A DNA stretch of 64,000 nucleotides. Source: a bacterium. GTDB lineage: Bacteria; UBA8248. The stretch covers positions 2,336,001 to 2,400,000 of the forward strand of contig OZ253442.1 of the NCBI GenBank assembly GCA_965261085.1. Direction: 5' to 3'. Shown here piece after piece: positions 10,096 through 19,937 of the stretch; within the stretch, counting starts at the first letter, position 1; each line of letters opens with the position of its first letter. Under the pieces are notes generated by a model, which saw only the letters and a list, made by a program, of their open reading frames with translations, was not told where the DNA came from and made no database searches. The position numbers and the translations under genes were made by a program.

Positions 10096-11283
10096 ATGAA
10101 CCACACCTTTTCGCGCATTCTGAGACGCGCCTCCTTCTGGGGAGCGCTTGCCGTAATGATTGGTTTGTTGGGTGGTCCGCTCGCCGGTGACGCGCCGGCG
10201 CAGGCCAAGAAGAAGCCGCTTCGCTTCGGGGTCGCCGACCCCCTGACCGGGCCTGCCGCGATTTTCGGCAAGGACCAGATGCAGGCGGTCCGCTGGGCGG
10301 TCGAGGACATCAACGCCAAGGGCGGCGTCAACGGCCATCCGCTCGAAGCCATCATTCTGGATCACCAGGCGAAGCCCGAGGTCGGCATCGCGGTGGTCAA
10401 CCGCTTCGTACACGTGGAGAAAGTGCCGGTATACATCACCGCGTTCAGCAACGTGGTCAAAGCGGTCGCGCCCATCGCCAACCGCGAGAAGGTGCTGATG
10501 CTGAGCGTGGGCGCAAACGCGCCGGCCATCGCACGGCTGGGCGATTACGTCTATACGACCTTCCCGCTGGCGGACGTGGATATGAACGCGCTCGGCCAAT
10601 ACGCCTATCAGAAGATGGGCAAGCGCCGCGCCGCCGTCTTGCACGTGAACCACGAGACGGGCAGGGACGGGGCCAAAGTATTCCGCGACAGCTTCAAGAA
10701 GGCCGGCGGTAAAATCGTCGTCTTCGAGTCCTACGAACAAGAGAGATCGGACTTCACCGGGCTGGTGCTCAAGGTGAAAGCGGCCAACCCCGACATCATC
10801 CACATTCACAGCGTGATCCGCGATTTCACGGCCGTCGTCGCGCAAATGCGTCAGCTCGGCGTGAAAACCCAGATCACCAGCTACCAGACGGCTTTCAACC
10901 CGAAGATGATCCAGCAGTTGGGCAAGGGAGCGGAGGGCATCATCGTGACCGCGCTGGCTCCCAGCGTGGAGGACAACAAGAACCTGCCCGCCTATATCGA
11001 GCGCTGGAAAAAGGCGTACAAGCGCATGCCCATCGGGCTGCCCTATACGCAGTATTTCTATGATGCGCCCTACATCGTGGCGGCGCTTTACAAGTGGGTG
11101 CTGGACAGGAAGCTGCCGATTACCGGCGAGAACATGCGCAAGGCGCTGGTCGCGCAGAAGACGTTCGAACAGCCTTTGACGAATACGGTGACCATCAACG
11201 ACAACCACACGGTCAAGAAGCCGGTTTATTTCTGGCAGGTCAAGGGCGGAAAATTCGTATTGATCGGCTCCCAGAAGGATTAG
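10096..11283 (+). CDS. Branched-chain amino acid-type (LivK-like) ABC substrate-binding protein
   Basis: Signal peptide, PLTGPAA, INAKGGVNG, DFT...K...PD. Confidence 0.9.
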   Translation: MNHTFSRILRRASFWGALAVMIGLLGGPLAGDAPAQAKKKPLRFGVADPLTGPAAIFGKDQMQAVRWAVEDINAKGGVNGHPLEAIILDHQAKPEVGIAVVNRFVHVEKVPVYITAFSNVVKAVAPIANREKVLMLSVGANAPAIARLGDYVYTTFPLADVDMNALGQYAYQKMGKRRAAVLHVNHETGRDGAKVFRDSFKKAGGKIVVFESYEQERSDFTGLVLKVKAANPDIIHIHSVIRDFTAVVAQMRQLGVKTQITSYQTAFNPKMIQQLGKGAEGIIVTALAPSVEDNKNLPAYIERWKKAYKRMPIGLPYTQYFYDAPYIVAALYKWVLDRKLPITGENMRKALVAQKTFEQPLTNTVTINDNHTVKKPVYFWQVKGGKFVLIGSQKD

Positions 11284-11304
11284 CCCCCGTCATGTTTTCT
11301 TTGT

Positions 11305-11330
11305 GTGGGCGCGCCGACGGGCGCGCCCAC
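11305..11330. other. Perfect 11-bp stem-loop between the SBP and permease genes (mRNA stabiliser/attenuator-type)
   Basis: GTGGGCGCGCC-GACG-GGCGCGCCCAC. Confidence 0.55.
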
Positions 11331-11359
11331 CCGGATTTTATAGTGTGTGACGTCAAGCC

Positions 11360-12307
11360 ATGCTGACCTGGGGGATATTGGGGCAACTCCTGTGGACGGG
11401 GTTCGCCGCGGCGACCTATTACTGCCTGTTCGCGGTGGCCTTCTCACTCGTCCTCAAGGTCAACAAGATATGGAACTTCGCCCAGCCCGGGGTGATGGTG
11501 TTCTCCTACTACGCCATGCTCGTGGCGTTTCGGTACTGGGGTTTGCCGCTCGTTCCCGCCCTGATCTTTGGGCTCCTGATAACGCTTGCCGTCTCGCTCG
11601 CCCTTGAGCGCTACGCCTTCATGGTTTTCCGAGACCGAAATTCCTCGATCCTGACCCTGTTCATCTTCGCGATCGTATTTTCCGAGTTCTCTGTCTATTT
11701 CACCGAGCTCGCCTTCGGGACTGAACCGCAGACGCTCTACCCGAGCCTGTTGTGGCCCGTCGATTTCTACGCCGGCATTGCGGTCAGCCACTGGGATCTC
11801 ATGGCCATCTCGGTGACGGCCGTGCTCATGTTGATCCTCTATGTCTTCATTCACCGCACGCGCTACGGTCAGTATCTTATCGCCGTCGCCGACAACGAGA
11901 ATCTGGCGGAGATATACGGAATCAGCCGAAAGCGCGCCTATGGCGTTTCGATCTCAATCGCCGCGTTGCTCGTCACGGCGGGCATGTATCTTTTCGGGAC
12001 GAAAGCGGCGCTGTTTCCCTCCACGCCGCTGCAGCATCTTTTGATCTTCGCCGTTATCGCGACGATTCTGGCCGGAATCGGCAATGTCTTTCGCGCCGGA
12101 ATTGCGGCTATAGCGCTGAGCCTAATACAGGCGTTCAGCATTCTCGTCATCGCGTCCAAATGGCAGGTATTGCTCGCGTATATTCTGATTTTCGTCGTCA
12201 TCATCTTCTTCCCGCGCGGATTCTCCCTTCCGCGCAAGCTGAGCGGGCTGGTGAGACCCTCAGGACGCTCCGCCGCCGTGGCGGTGGCCGACCCTGCTGG
12301 AGACTGA
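11360..12307 (+). CDS. LivH-type ABC permease
   Basis: Polytopic membrane protein with NFAQ and TRYG..LIAVADN..LA..GI. Confidence 0.88.
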   Translation: MLTWGILGQLLWTGFAAATYYCLFAVAFSLVLKVNKIWNFAQPGVMVFSYYAMLVAFRYWGLPLVPALIFGLLITLAVSLALERYAFMVFRDRNSSILTLFIFAIVFSEFSVYFTELAFGTEPQTLYPSLLWPVDFYAGIAVSHWDLMAISVTAVLMLILYVFIHRTRYGQYLIAVADNENLAEIYGISRKRAYGVSISIAALLVTAGMYLFGTKAALFPSTPLQHLLIFAVIATILAGIGNVFRAGIAAIALSLIQAFSILVIASKWQVLLAYILIFVVIIFFPRGFSLPRKLSGLVRPSGRSAAVAVADPAGD

Positions 12308-12314
12308 GTAGAAA

Positions 12315-13229
12315 ATGGAATACATACTCACCGTGATGGTGCTTATCGGGATCAACGTGATCCTCGCCACGAGCTTCAACCTCATTCTGGGATATGGCGG
12401 CCTGATGAGCGTCGCCCATCCCATTTTCTACGCTATCGGGGCCTATGGTTCTGGTTTAATGGCGATTCACCTACAGATTCCGGTTCCACTGTCGATCCTG
12501 ATAGGGGCGTTGATCGCGATGGTGCTCTCGTTTGGTGTCTCGCTGCCCTCGCTTCGCGTGTCTGGCGATTACCTCGTCATCGCCAGCATTGGGTTTCAAC
12601 TCGGCATCCTGCATGTGATCAATAACCTCGAATTCACCGGCGCGGCAGGTGGGCTGACCAACATTCCCGTGCTGAATGAAGGCCCGTCGCGAAGCCTCGT
12701 ATTCGTCCTGCTCGTCTCGGTCGTCGCCGCCTGCGTGGTTCTCCTCGTGGGCTGGATCGTCGAGGGGGATTACGGGCGGGCCATCACCGCCATGCGCAAT
12801 GATGAGGAAGCCTTCAGCGCGCTGGGCCGCAACGCGATGAACATCAAAATCGTGCTGTTCGCCATTGGTTCGGGCATGGCGGGTTTGGCGGGCGCGCTCT
12901 ACGCCCATTACTTCGCCTACGTCACCCCCGAGCAGTTCGGCATATTCACCTCCGCGGCCCTGCTGACGATGGTGGTCGTGGGCGGCGCCGCCACGACGTG
13001 GGGGCCCCTGGTGGGAGCGGTGCTCCTGACGACTCTTCCGCAAGCCATCACGTTTCTCGGCTTGCCTGTCTCCATCATGGCGCCGCTTCAGGGCGTCATC
13101 TACACGACGCTCGTCATATTCTTCCTCTTTGCGCGGCCCCAGGGCCTAACGGGAGGCAGCCGAGGCGGCGGAGGGATCGAGGCGTGGAGCGCGAGTGCGG
13201 CCTTCAGGGCGAGGAGGGATGCGGAGTGA
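12315..13229 (+). CDS. LivM-type ABC permease
   Basis: GYGGLMSVAH, LRVSGDY, GRAITAMRNDE, VVVGG. Confidence 0.88.
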   Translation: MEYILTVMVLIGINVILATSFNLILGYGGLMSVAHPIFYAIGAYGSGLMAIHLQIPVPLSILIGALIAMVLSFGVSLPSLRVSGDYLVIASIGFQLGILHVINNLEFTGAAGGLTNIPVLNEGPSRSLVFVLLVSVVAACVVLLVGWIVEGDYGRAITAMRNDEEAFSALGRNAMNIKIVLFAIGSGMAGLAGALYAHYFAYVTPEQFGIFTSAALLTMVVVGGAATTWGPLVGAVLLTTLPQAITFLGLPVSIMAPLQGVIYTTLVIFFLFARPQGLTGGSRGGGGIEAWSASAAFRARRDAE

Positions 13230-13996
13230 GCGAGATCGTCCAGGTGAAAGGGCTGCACAAGAGCTTCGGGGGAATCGTGGTTGCCGATGACGTCAACCTG
13301 AACTTCGAGGCGGGCGAGATAGTCGGCTTGATCGGGCCCAACGGCGCGGGAAAGACGTCTTTGTTCAACCTGATATCAGGAGTGATTCCCCCCGATGCGG
13401 GCTCGATATTCGTGGAGGGCCATCGCGTGGATCAACTGCCCATGCACCACCGCGCGCGGATCGGCCTTGCCCGCACCTGGCAGAATACCCGCATGTTTCA
13501 CTCGATGTCGGTGATCGACAATCTGCTGATAGCGACGCGGCGCTATCCCGGAGAATCCCTGGTGCGCATTCTTTTTCGCCGCCGCGCAGTCGACGCCTTC
13601 CGCCAGGAAGCGACGGAAAAGGCCATGGCGCTTCTCGAGCGGGTCGGACTCGCGGACAAGATGCACGAAATGGCGATCGAACTCTCCTACGGTCAGCAGA
13701 AGCGGATCGGTCTGGCGCGGGCGCTGATGAGCGACGCAGCGTGCCTGTTGCTGGACGAGCCCATGGCAGGCGTCGAGGGGCAGGCGTACGAGACGATCAT
13801 CCGCGTCATCCGCGAAGAGGCTCAGGCCGGGCGCGCAGTCTGCGTAGTGGAGCACAACATTTCTTTTATCCGCGACATTAGTGATCGCACGGTTTTCATG
13901 TTCAACGGATGTGTTCTGGCTAGCGGCTCAGTCGAGGAACTGACCCGCAACACGCAGCTCACGGACCTGTATTTCGGCGGCGAACACCCGCAGTAA
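13226..13996 (+). CDS. LivG-type ABC ATP-binding protein
   Basis: GTG overlaps the permease stop. GPNGAGKT, LSYGQ, LLDEP, VEH. Confidence 0.9.
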   Translation: MSEIVQVKGLHKSFGGIVVADDVNLNFEAGEIVGLIGPNGAGKTSLFNLISGVIPPDAGSIFVEGHRVDQLPMHHRARIGLARTWQNTRMFHSMSVIDNLLIATRRYPGESLVRILFRRRAVDAFRQEATEKAMALLERVGLADKMHEMAIELSYGQQKRIGLARALMSDAACLLLDEPMAGVEGQAYETIIRVIREEAQAGRAVCVVEHNISFIRDISDRTVFMFNGCVLASGSVEELTRNTQLTDLYFGGEHPQ

Positions 13997-14009
13997 TCGA
14001 GAGAGCGTA

Positions 14010-14693
14010 ATGTTCGAAGTCCAAAACCTCACCGCCCGCTACGGACCCTTGATTGCCGTGAACGACGTGTCGCTGTCTTTCGAGACCGGTGTGCGGATGG
14101 GGATTTTCGGCCACAACGGATCGGGCAAGTCGACGTTTCTCAAATGTCTGGTCGGCGGCGTCAAGGATGTTTCCGGCGCCGTGGCTTACGGTGGGTCGCC
14201 TATTGTTCCCGATCAGGTTCACCGCAACGTCATGCTGGGAATCGGCTTCGTGCCGCAGGTCCAGAACGTTTTTCCGAACCTCACGGTCGAGCAGAATCTC
14301 CACATCGCGGGTTCGAAATCCGACTCCTCGTTTCTCGATGAGGCTTATGCCCTTTTCCCTCTGTTGCGGGAACGCCAGGACCAGTTCGCAGGCGACATGA
14401 GCGGTGGAGAGCAACAGATGCTCGCCGTCTCGCTGGCCTTGATGACGAGGCCGCAAGTCCTCCTGCTCGACGAACCGACCGCAGGTCTCGCTCCTGCGAT
14501 CGTCAAAAACGTGCTGGGGTCGCTCTCGCGCATCAACTCCGAACTCGGCACCGGGCTGATACTCGTCGAGCAGAACGTGCTGGCCGCCCTGGACGTCGTC
14601 GAGCGCGCAATCGTGCTCAAAGGCGGGCGCGTGGTGTTTGACGGCGCAAGCGAGGAACTCCGCGTAAAGGAAGATTTGTGGGCCTGGTTCTGA
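14010..14693 (+). CDS. LivF-type ABC ATP-binding protein
   Basis: GHNGSGKST, MSGGEQQML, LLDEPTAGLAP, VEQN. Confidence 0.9.
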   Translation: MFEVQNLTARYGPLIAVNDVSLSFETGVRMGIFGHNGSGKSTFLKCLVGGVKDVSGAVAYGGSPIVPDQVHRNVMLGIGFVPQVQNVFPNLTVEQNLHIAGSKSDSSFLDEAYALFPLLRERQDQFAGDMSGGEQQMLAVSLALMTRPQVLLLDEPTAGLAPAIVKNVLGSLSRINSELGTGLILVEQNVLAALDVVERAIVLKGGRVVFDGASEELRVKEDLWAWF

Positions 14694-14723
14694 CCCCGTA
14701 AATCATCGGCGCGACTGGCCTTT

Positions 14724-16094
14724 TTATTTCACTCCGATGGCATCGATCTGCACAAGTGCTTCCGCCACTGGTCCGGGGCCATGCACGATCACGCACTCGA
14801 ACGCGGGTAGATCTTCGTCGATGAAGGTCTCGCGAACAGCCTCGTACACGCCCAAGTCCGCCGGGTCGGAGAGATAGATCCGGGTTTTGGCGATGTCCCC
14901 CAGTTCCATCCCCGCTCCTGCCGCGCTGGTGCGCAGTTGCTCCCACGCCATCCAGCACTGCGCGGCGAGGCCCGCTTGCCGCTCCACTTCCTCAAGCGGC
15001 AACACGGCACGCCGCCCTGCCTCGGGAAGGGTGTCCGCGCCCCGGACGAGCGTTCCCGCCTCGTCGACGCCCACCATACCCGAGAAGAAACACACCGGCC
15101 CCGCTTGCGTGACGGCGGGGGCCGCAAAGGGCGCCGTCCCCGGCCAAGGGTACGATTGGCGGGTGAGTCCGCTGCGCTTGTCCATAGCGGTGATTTCGAT
15201 CTCTATGCGCGTGCCGCGGTGGCCCACCTCGTCGAATCCCACGACGCAAAGCGATGGCTGGACGTCGGGGAAGAAATGGGTGTGTACCCGGTGGAACGTG
15301 GAGAAATCGCGCAGGTCACCCAGGAAAATCGTCACGTTCACGACGTCTTCCATATCCATGCCGTGGCCCGCGAGCGTACGGCGCAACTCGTTATAGACGT
15401 ACCAGGTTTGCGACGCGATCGGGCCGTGTCGGCTGTCGGGATGGCTGCGCCCCGTCGAGAGGAAACGACCTTCCTCGGGGATATCACCATAAGAGTTGAC
15501 CAGCGGCATCCCGGGCTCGGCGGTCTTGATCGGGATGTGGCCGGCGAAGAAGGCGAACGGACCAGAGCGTATCGCCTGGCAATAGTGCGAGGCGGCGGGC
15601 AAATCCGCGTCATAGACGTCGGTCATCACCTCGCGTTCGCCAAACACCCCGCCTGCTTGCGTACAAGCGGCGATGGCGTCGACCCCGATCCAGTGTCTGC
15701 CGCGTCCGATGACGTCCGTCACGCCCAATCCACTGCTGGGAGCGGGTGTCGGTTGCCAATGCACCCGGACGTGTTCGTAGCTGGGAAAATAACGCTTGTC
15801 GCGCTGCCAGATGTGCTGACGCAGCACCTGGTCGCTGTGCGTTCCCGCTGCGACGAGAACCTTCTCGAGGCTGTCGTGGACCGACCAGGAATCGGCGACA
15901 ACCCGACCTTCGGTGAGGTCTGCGAGCGGATAGCCCTGCATCAGATCTCGTCCCGCCTCGGGCAGGTCCGCAAAGCCCGCCGGACCGCCGGGCCTTAAAC
16001 CTGATACGAACAACAGTTCACCGGCCTTGACCGCCACCGGATAGGGCGTGAAAGCGGGGGCGACATCCTCACAAATAACAGGGGTCTTCTTCAT
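14724..16094 (-). CDS. Protein made of three tandem Rid (RidA/YjgF/UK114) domains
   Basis: Three repeats of [Y/A]xxA..G..[F]xxG ... DV/IxxxxI[F/Y]L.D ... [I/V][E/D]xxA in 456 aa. Confidence 0.8.
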   Translation of the reverse strand: MKKTPVICEDVAPAFTPYPVAVKAGELLFVSGLRPGGPAGFADLPEAGRDLMQGYPLADLTEGRVVADSWSVHDSLEKVLVAAGTHSDQVLRQHIWQRDKRYFPSYEHVRVHWQPTPAPSSGLGVTDVIGRGRHWIGVDAIAACTQAGGVFGEREVMTDVYDADLPAASHYCQAIRSGPFAFFAGHIPIKTAEPGMPLVNSYGDIPEEGRFLSTGRSHPDSRHGPIASQTWYVYNELRRTLAGHGMDMEDVVNVTIFLGDLRDFSTFHRVHTHFFPDVQPSLCVVGFDEVGHRGTRIEIEITAMDKRSGLTRQSYPWPGTAPFAAPAVTQAGPVCFFSGMVGVDEAGTLVRGADTLPEAGRRAVLPLEEVERQAGLAAQCWMAWEQLRTSAAGAGMELGDIAKTRIYLSDPADLGVYEAVRETFIDEDLPAFECVIVHGPGPVAEALVQIDAIGVK

Positions 16095-16184
16095 TACTCG
16101 ATAAACCTCCTTGGGTTGGCGAGTCGTGGCGTCTTCGTGTGGGGCAGGGGCATTTTCTCCCTTCCCCGGGCGGTTGCCAGTCGG

Positions 16185-16946
16185 CTACATCGCCAGGGTG
16201 CCCCCGTCGCACGATATAAAGGCGCCGTTCATGAAATCGTTTTCGTCCGAGACCATAAAGAGCGAGACTTCGGCCATCTCCTCGGGACTCGCAAAGCGGT
16301 TCACGGGTATCCGGGGGAGTTTCGCCTTGGCGCGCTCCGGGTCGTCGATGTGAATCTGTTTCACGCGCTCGCTCTCGGTGGTGCCCGGCATGAGGCAGTT
16401 GACGCGCAGCCCCATCGGGCCGAGCTCCACGGCCAGGGCGCGCGTTAAATTGTGCATAGAGGTCTTCGTGGCGCAATAAAGCGCATTGCCGGGGACGCCG
16501 CGCTCGCCGTCGATGGAGCCGATCATCAATATCTTGCCCCTGCCCTGGGGCGCCATGAGCTTGGCCGCCTCGCGCGTGGCGATGAATACGGATTTCGCGT
16601 TCACCTCGTATAGCTCGTCGATCTGCTCGTCGGTGAACTCGAGAAAACTCTTGTGCCCCCGCATGGCGGCGCAGTTCACCATGATATCGAGACCGCCCAG
16701 GTATTGAGCACCGTCGTTCATGAGGTCGTTTGCTTTTCTCGCATCTCTCAAGTCATAGCACCGCCCATCGATTTTGCCGCCCGCCGATCCACATTCGTTG
16801 ATGATTCTATCGAGGCGCTCCTGGTTGAAGCCGCCCGCCGCCCATATGGATGCGCCCTCCGTGCTGAATTTACGCGCGATGGCTGCACCGATGCCAGATG
16901 AGGCGCCCGTGACGATGACTCTTTTTCCTTGTAGCTTGCCCGGCAT
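16185..16946 (-). CDS. Short-chain dehydrogenase/reductase
   Basis: TGASSGIG, YCATK, RVNCLMPG, DGG. Confidence 0.92.
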   Translation of the reverse strand: MPGKLQGKRVIVTGASSGIGAAIARKFSTEGASIWAAGGFNQERLDRIINECGSAGGKIDGRCYDLRDARKANDLMNDGAQYLGGLDIMVNCAAMRGHKSFLEFTDEQIDELYEVNAKSVFIATREAAKLMAPQGRGKILMIGSIDGERGVPGNALYCATKTSMHNLTRALAVELGPMGLRVNCLMPGTTESERVKQIHIDDPERAKAKLPRIPVNRFASPEEMAEVSLFMVSDENDFMNGAFISCDGGTLAM

Positions 16947-16970
16947 GTTCTGCTCCTTGGTATAAAAAAA

Positions 16971-17855
16971 CTATTCCTCATCCGGCAGCAGCGCGGATTC
17001 TCCCATCGATAGCGGATCGCGCGCCGGCCAGCGTCCGGCATCCACTTCGGTGATGAATTCGAGAATGACACGGTTGAACATGGCGGGTTCTTCGAGGTTG
17101 ATGAGGTGGCCGGCATTGGGGAAGGTGACGAGGGCGGCCGTCTGGATGTTGCGCTTCATGAAAAGCCCGGGCTCCAGACAAGGGTAGTCTTCATCTCCCG
17201 TGAGGACGAGCGTGGGCACGGAGCAGTTCTTCATCTGCTCTCCGAGTTCATATACCGATGGCCTTGCGCTTTGCACACCGCGCATCGTGTTGGAGCAACC
17301 CAGAGGAGAATGGCTCATGAAGTGATCGATGAATTTCTGGTAGCCGATAGAGTCTTTTCTCTTGAGCTGCATTCGCGTTGGTCCGGCGGTATAGACGGGG
17401 CCGAATTTATCCATGCTATCGTTCAGGAACCTGTCGGCCACGATTTCTGCGTCTTTTTGGAATTGTTCGCGCTGATCCATATCGGAGCCGTAGCCGCACC
17501 CGGCCACGACGATGGAGCGGGTGAGTTCGGGATGCCGGAGGCCGAGGTGGAGGGTCGCATAGCCGCCCATCGAAAGTCCCACGACGTGGGCGGGCGCGAG
17601 GTTCAAGTCTCGGATGAGGCAGGCCAGGTCGTTCACGGCGATATCCTGGCTGTATTGCGATGCGTCTTCGGGCACTTCCGAGGGCGGAAATCCTCTCGCG
17701 TTGTAGGTGATGACCCGGTATCTGCGGTTGAAATAGCGAACCTGATCCTCCCAACTGCGGCAGTCGCCCGCGAATTCATGAACGAAGACGATGGGCGCAC
17801 CCTCGCCGCTGGCTTCGTAATACAGTCTGACCCCGTTTGTTCTCACTTCGGGCAT
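16971..17855 (-). CDS. Alpha/beta-fold hydrolase
   Basis: FVHEFAG, GLSMGG nucleophile elbow, GDED, AGHLINLEEP. ATG 17855 follows GAGGAGA. Confidence 0.9.
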   Translation of the reverse strand: MPEVRTNGVRLYYEASGEGAPIVFVHEFAGDCRSWEDQVRYFNRRYRVITYNARGFPPSEVPEDASQYSQDIAVNDLACLIRDLNLAPAHVVGLSMGGYATLHLGLRHPELTRSIVVAGCGYGSDMDQREQFQKDAEIVADRFLNDSMDKFGPVYTAGPTRMQLKRKDSIGYQKFIDHFMSHSPLGCSNTMRGVQSARPSVYELGEQMKNCSVPTLVLTGDEDYPCLEPGLFMKRNIQTAALVTFPNAGHLINLEEPAMFNRVILEFITEVDAGRWPARDPLSMGESALLPDEE

Positions 17856-18196
17856 GGTGTTCTCCTCACAGGATGACGTGTGGATATGGAATACGTTTCT
17901 TACGGGAGAATCAGCAAAATGACAACGCGGACGAGCGAATTCCCCTGTGTTTCCGGGTGTTGCGCCCTCATGGCCGCGCGATGGTAAAAAGTTTGTAAAG
18001 ATGTGTTGCCAGGAGATATTGTTTCTTTTCGGGACTTGATTTCTGAGCCCGTCTGGCCCATGATAACCGGGATTGATCACAGTGTTGAGTTTGACTGAAG
18101 ATTGACTTGGCAACATCGCTTGAACGCCCGATCATACCTAAAATGAAACTCTGGGATGCTCTTATAAGAAAGAATACCCAAAACGGGAGAAAACCT

Positions 18197-19603
18197 TTGT
18201 CAACGGCGCCTAAGAAACACAGCCTCGCTATTCACAGAAAAGATGAAAGAAAGCTCCAGTGGAGCACCATCTTGATCATCGGGGTGATTCACCTGCTCGC
18301 CCTGATGGCTTTTGATTTGGATTATTTCAGCGTCTCCGGTCTCGTCGTGGGAATCGTCATGTATTACGTGGCCGGTATGGTGGGCGTGACGATTTCCTAT
18401 CACCGGCTTCTGACCCACAGAAGTTTCCAGACGTATAAGCCGGTCGAGTATTTCTTTACGTTTTGCGCTTGCCAGGCGCTTCAGAGCGGACCCATCGAGT
18501 GGGTGGCGATGCACCGGATTCACCACAAGGAATCGGACGAGGAGCCCGACCCCCATTCCCCGCTCGTGAGTTTTCTGTGGGCGCATGCGGGATGGCTTTT
18601 CGTCAACTTGCCGGACGCGCACACCTATAACGAGTATTCGCGCTTCGCGAAGGATTTGCACCGCGACCCGTGGCAGCGGTTTTTCGATAAATTCTTTTTC
18701 GTGATTTATCTTCTGACGGCGGTGGCGATTTATTACGCCGGGGAATGGTACGGCGGCCTGGGCATGTCCTGGCTCGTCTGGGGCGTATTCGTGCGAACGG
18801 TCGTTTTGTGGCACAACACCTGGGCGGTGAATTCGGTGACGCACACCTTCGGCTACCGCAATTACAACACGGATGAGGAAAGCACCAACAACTGGCTCGT
18901 CGCACTGCTTTCCTTCGGCGAGGGGTGGCACAACAACCACCATGCGGACCAGCGCTCGGCCGCCCACGGTCAACGGTGGTTCGAGGTGGACATCACCTAC
19001 CGGCTCATCAAGATGATGGAACTCGTAGGCTTGGTCTGGGGGGTGAGGGAGCCGAGCCAGCGCGTGGTGGCGAAGAGGCTCGACATCATGGTGGACGAGG
19101 AGGGCTTGCGCGCCTCCGAGGCGAGAAGGCTGGGCTCGGAGGAAGTTCGGGCCGAGATTCTTCACACGATGACGGACCCGACGATGCCGCTGGAAATTCC
19201 CAGAATGCCCTCTTTGACGGAAGCGAGCGAGGCTGCGGCGAAATCGGCCCAAAAAGCCATGGAATCCGTCGGTACGGCCCTTGAGCATGCATCGCGTGCG
19301 CTTCGGCATAAAGAAGAAAATACCGACCAGGCTGTTCGCCAGATGCTGGAAAAGGCAAAGGATTTGGCGATGGCGGCCGTCGAGCAGGCCAAATACGCAG
19401 CGGCGGAAGCCGCCGAGTTCTCAGCCCAAGCGAGCGCGTATCTGGCGGATGCGAAAGACAGGGCGACGGAATCCGCCCATCAGGCGGCTGAAAGAGCAAA
19501 AGCGCTTGCGCAGGAAGCGGCGGATGCGGCCTCGAAGGCAGCCGATGAGATTGCGGTCGCTTTCAAGGGAATCGACAGACCCGTCATCACCTCTGCGATA
19601 TAG
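18197..19603 (+). CDS. Delta-9-type membrane fatty acid desaturase fused to a long Ala-rich amphipathic C-terminal extension
   Basis: His boxes HRLLTH, HRIHH and HNNHH, plus DPHSP. Probable TTG start at 18197 after GGGAGA (the ORF is open from 18107). Confidence 0.88.
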   Translation: MSTAPKKHSLAIHRKDERKLQWSTILIIGVIHLLALMAFDLDYFSVSGLVVGIVMYYVAGMVGVTISYHRLLTHRSFQTYKPVEYFFTFCACQALQSGPIEWVAMHRIHHKESDEEPDPHSPLVSFLWAHAGWLFVNLPDAHTYNEYSRFAKDLHRDPWQRFFDKFFFVIYLLTAVAIYYAGEWYGGLGMSWLVWGVFVRTVVLWHNTWAVNSVTHTFGYRNYNTDEESTNNWLVALLSFGEGWHNNHHADQRSAAHGQRWFEVDITYRLIKMMELVGLVWGVREPSQRVVAKRLDIMVDEEGLRASEARRLGSEEVRAEILHTMTDPTMPLEIPRMPSLTEASEAAAKSAQKAMESVGTALEHASRALRHKEENTDQAVRQMLEKAKDLAMAAVEQAKYAAAEAAEFSAQASAYLADAKDRATESAHQAAERAKALAQEAADAASKAADEIAVAFKGIDRPVITSAI

Positions 19604-19614
19604 AAGAAAACTCT

Positions 19615-19647
19615 AAAAAAGCCGGGGCGTATTGCTTCGGCTTTTTT
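19615..19647. terminator. Bidirectional-type intrinsic terminator after the desaturase
   Basis: A6-GCCGGGGC-loop-GCTTCGGC-T6. Confidence 0.7.
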
Positions 19648-19787
19648 GCGTCTCTCGGGTCTTCTGCCGGGGAGCAAAGCGCTTCTGCCGGAATACTTTG
19701 GTGATATTCACAGGGGCCTTTTGAGGGAACGGGTGTGAGAGAGGGATCGCGCGTTTTTTGAATTTGCGCCCCGATGCCTGAAGCCCC

Positions 19788-19816
19788 TTGACGCTCCCGC
19801 TTCCGGCTCCTAGATT
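19788..19816 (+). promoter_or_regulatory. Sigma70-type promoter upstream of ilvC
   Basis: TTGACG-17 bp-TAGATT. Confidence 0.5.
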
Positions 19817-19937
19817 ATGGTCTCTTTTTTCAGCGGTTTCCCACGAGAAGCCGACTTCCTTTCGAGAGGCGGGTGTTTTCCGCCCATGTTGATCGTTTTT
19901 TGGTGGCGCGGCGAGGGCTGCGAATCCTGGAGGGCCA

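Noticed and set aside
9709-11208. Long antisense ORFs (also 43355..44737, 18200..19309, 3996..5186, 61288..62430 and others)
   Set aside because: They are shadows of well-supported genes on the opposite strand, expected at high GC3, with no family motifs.
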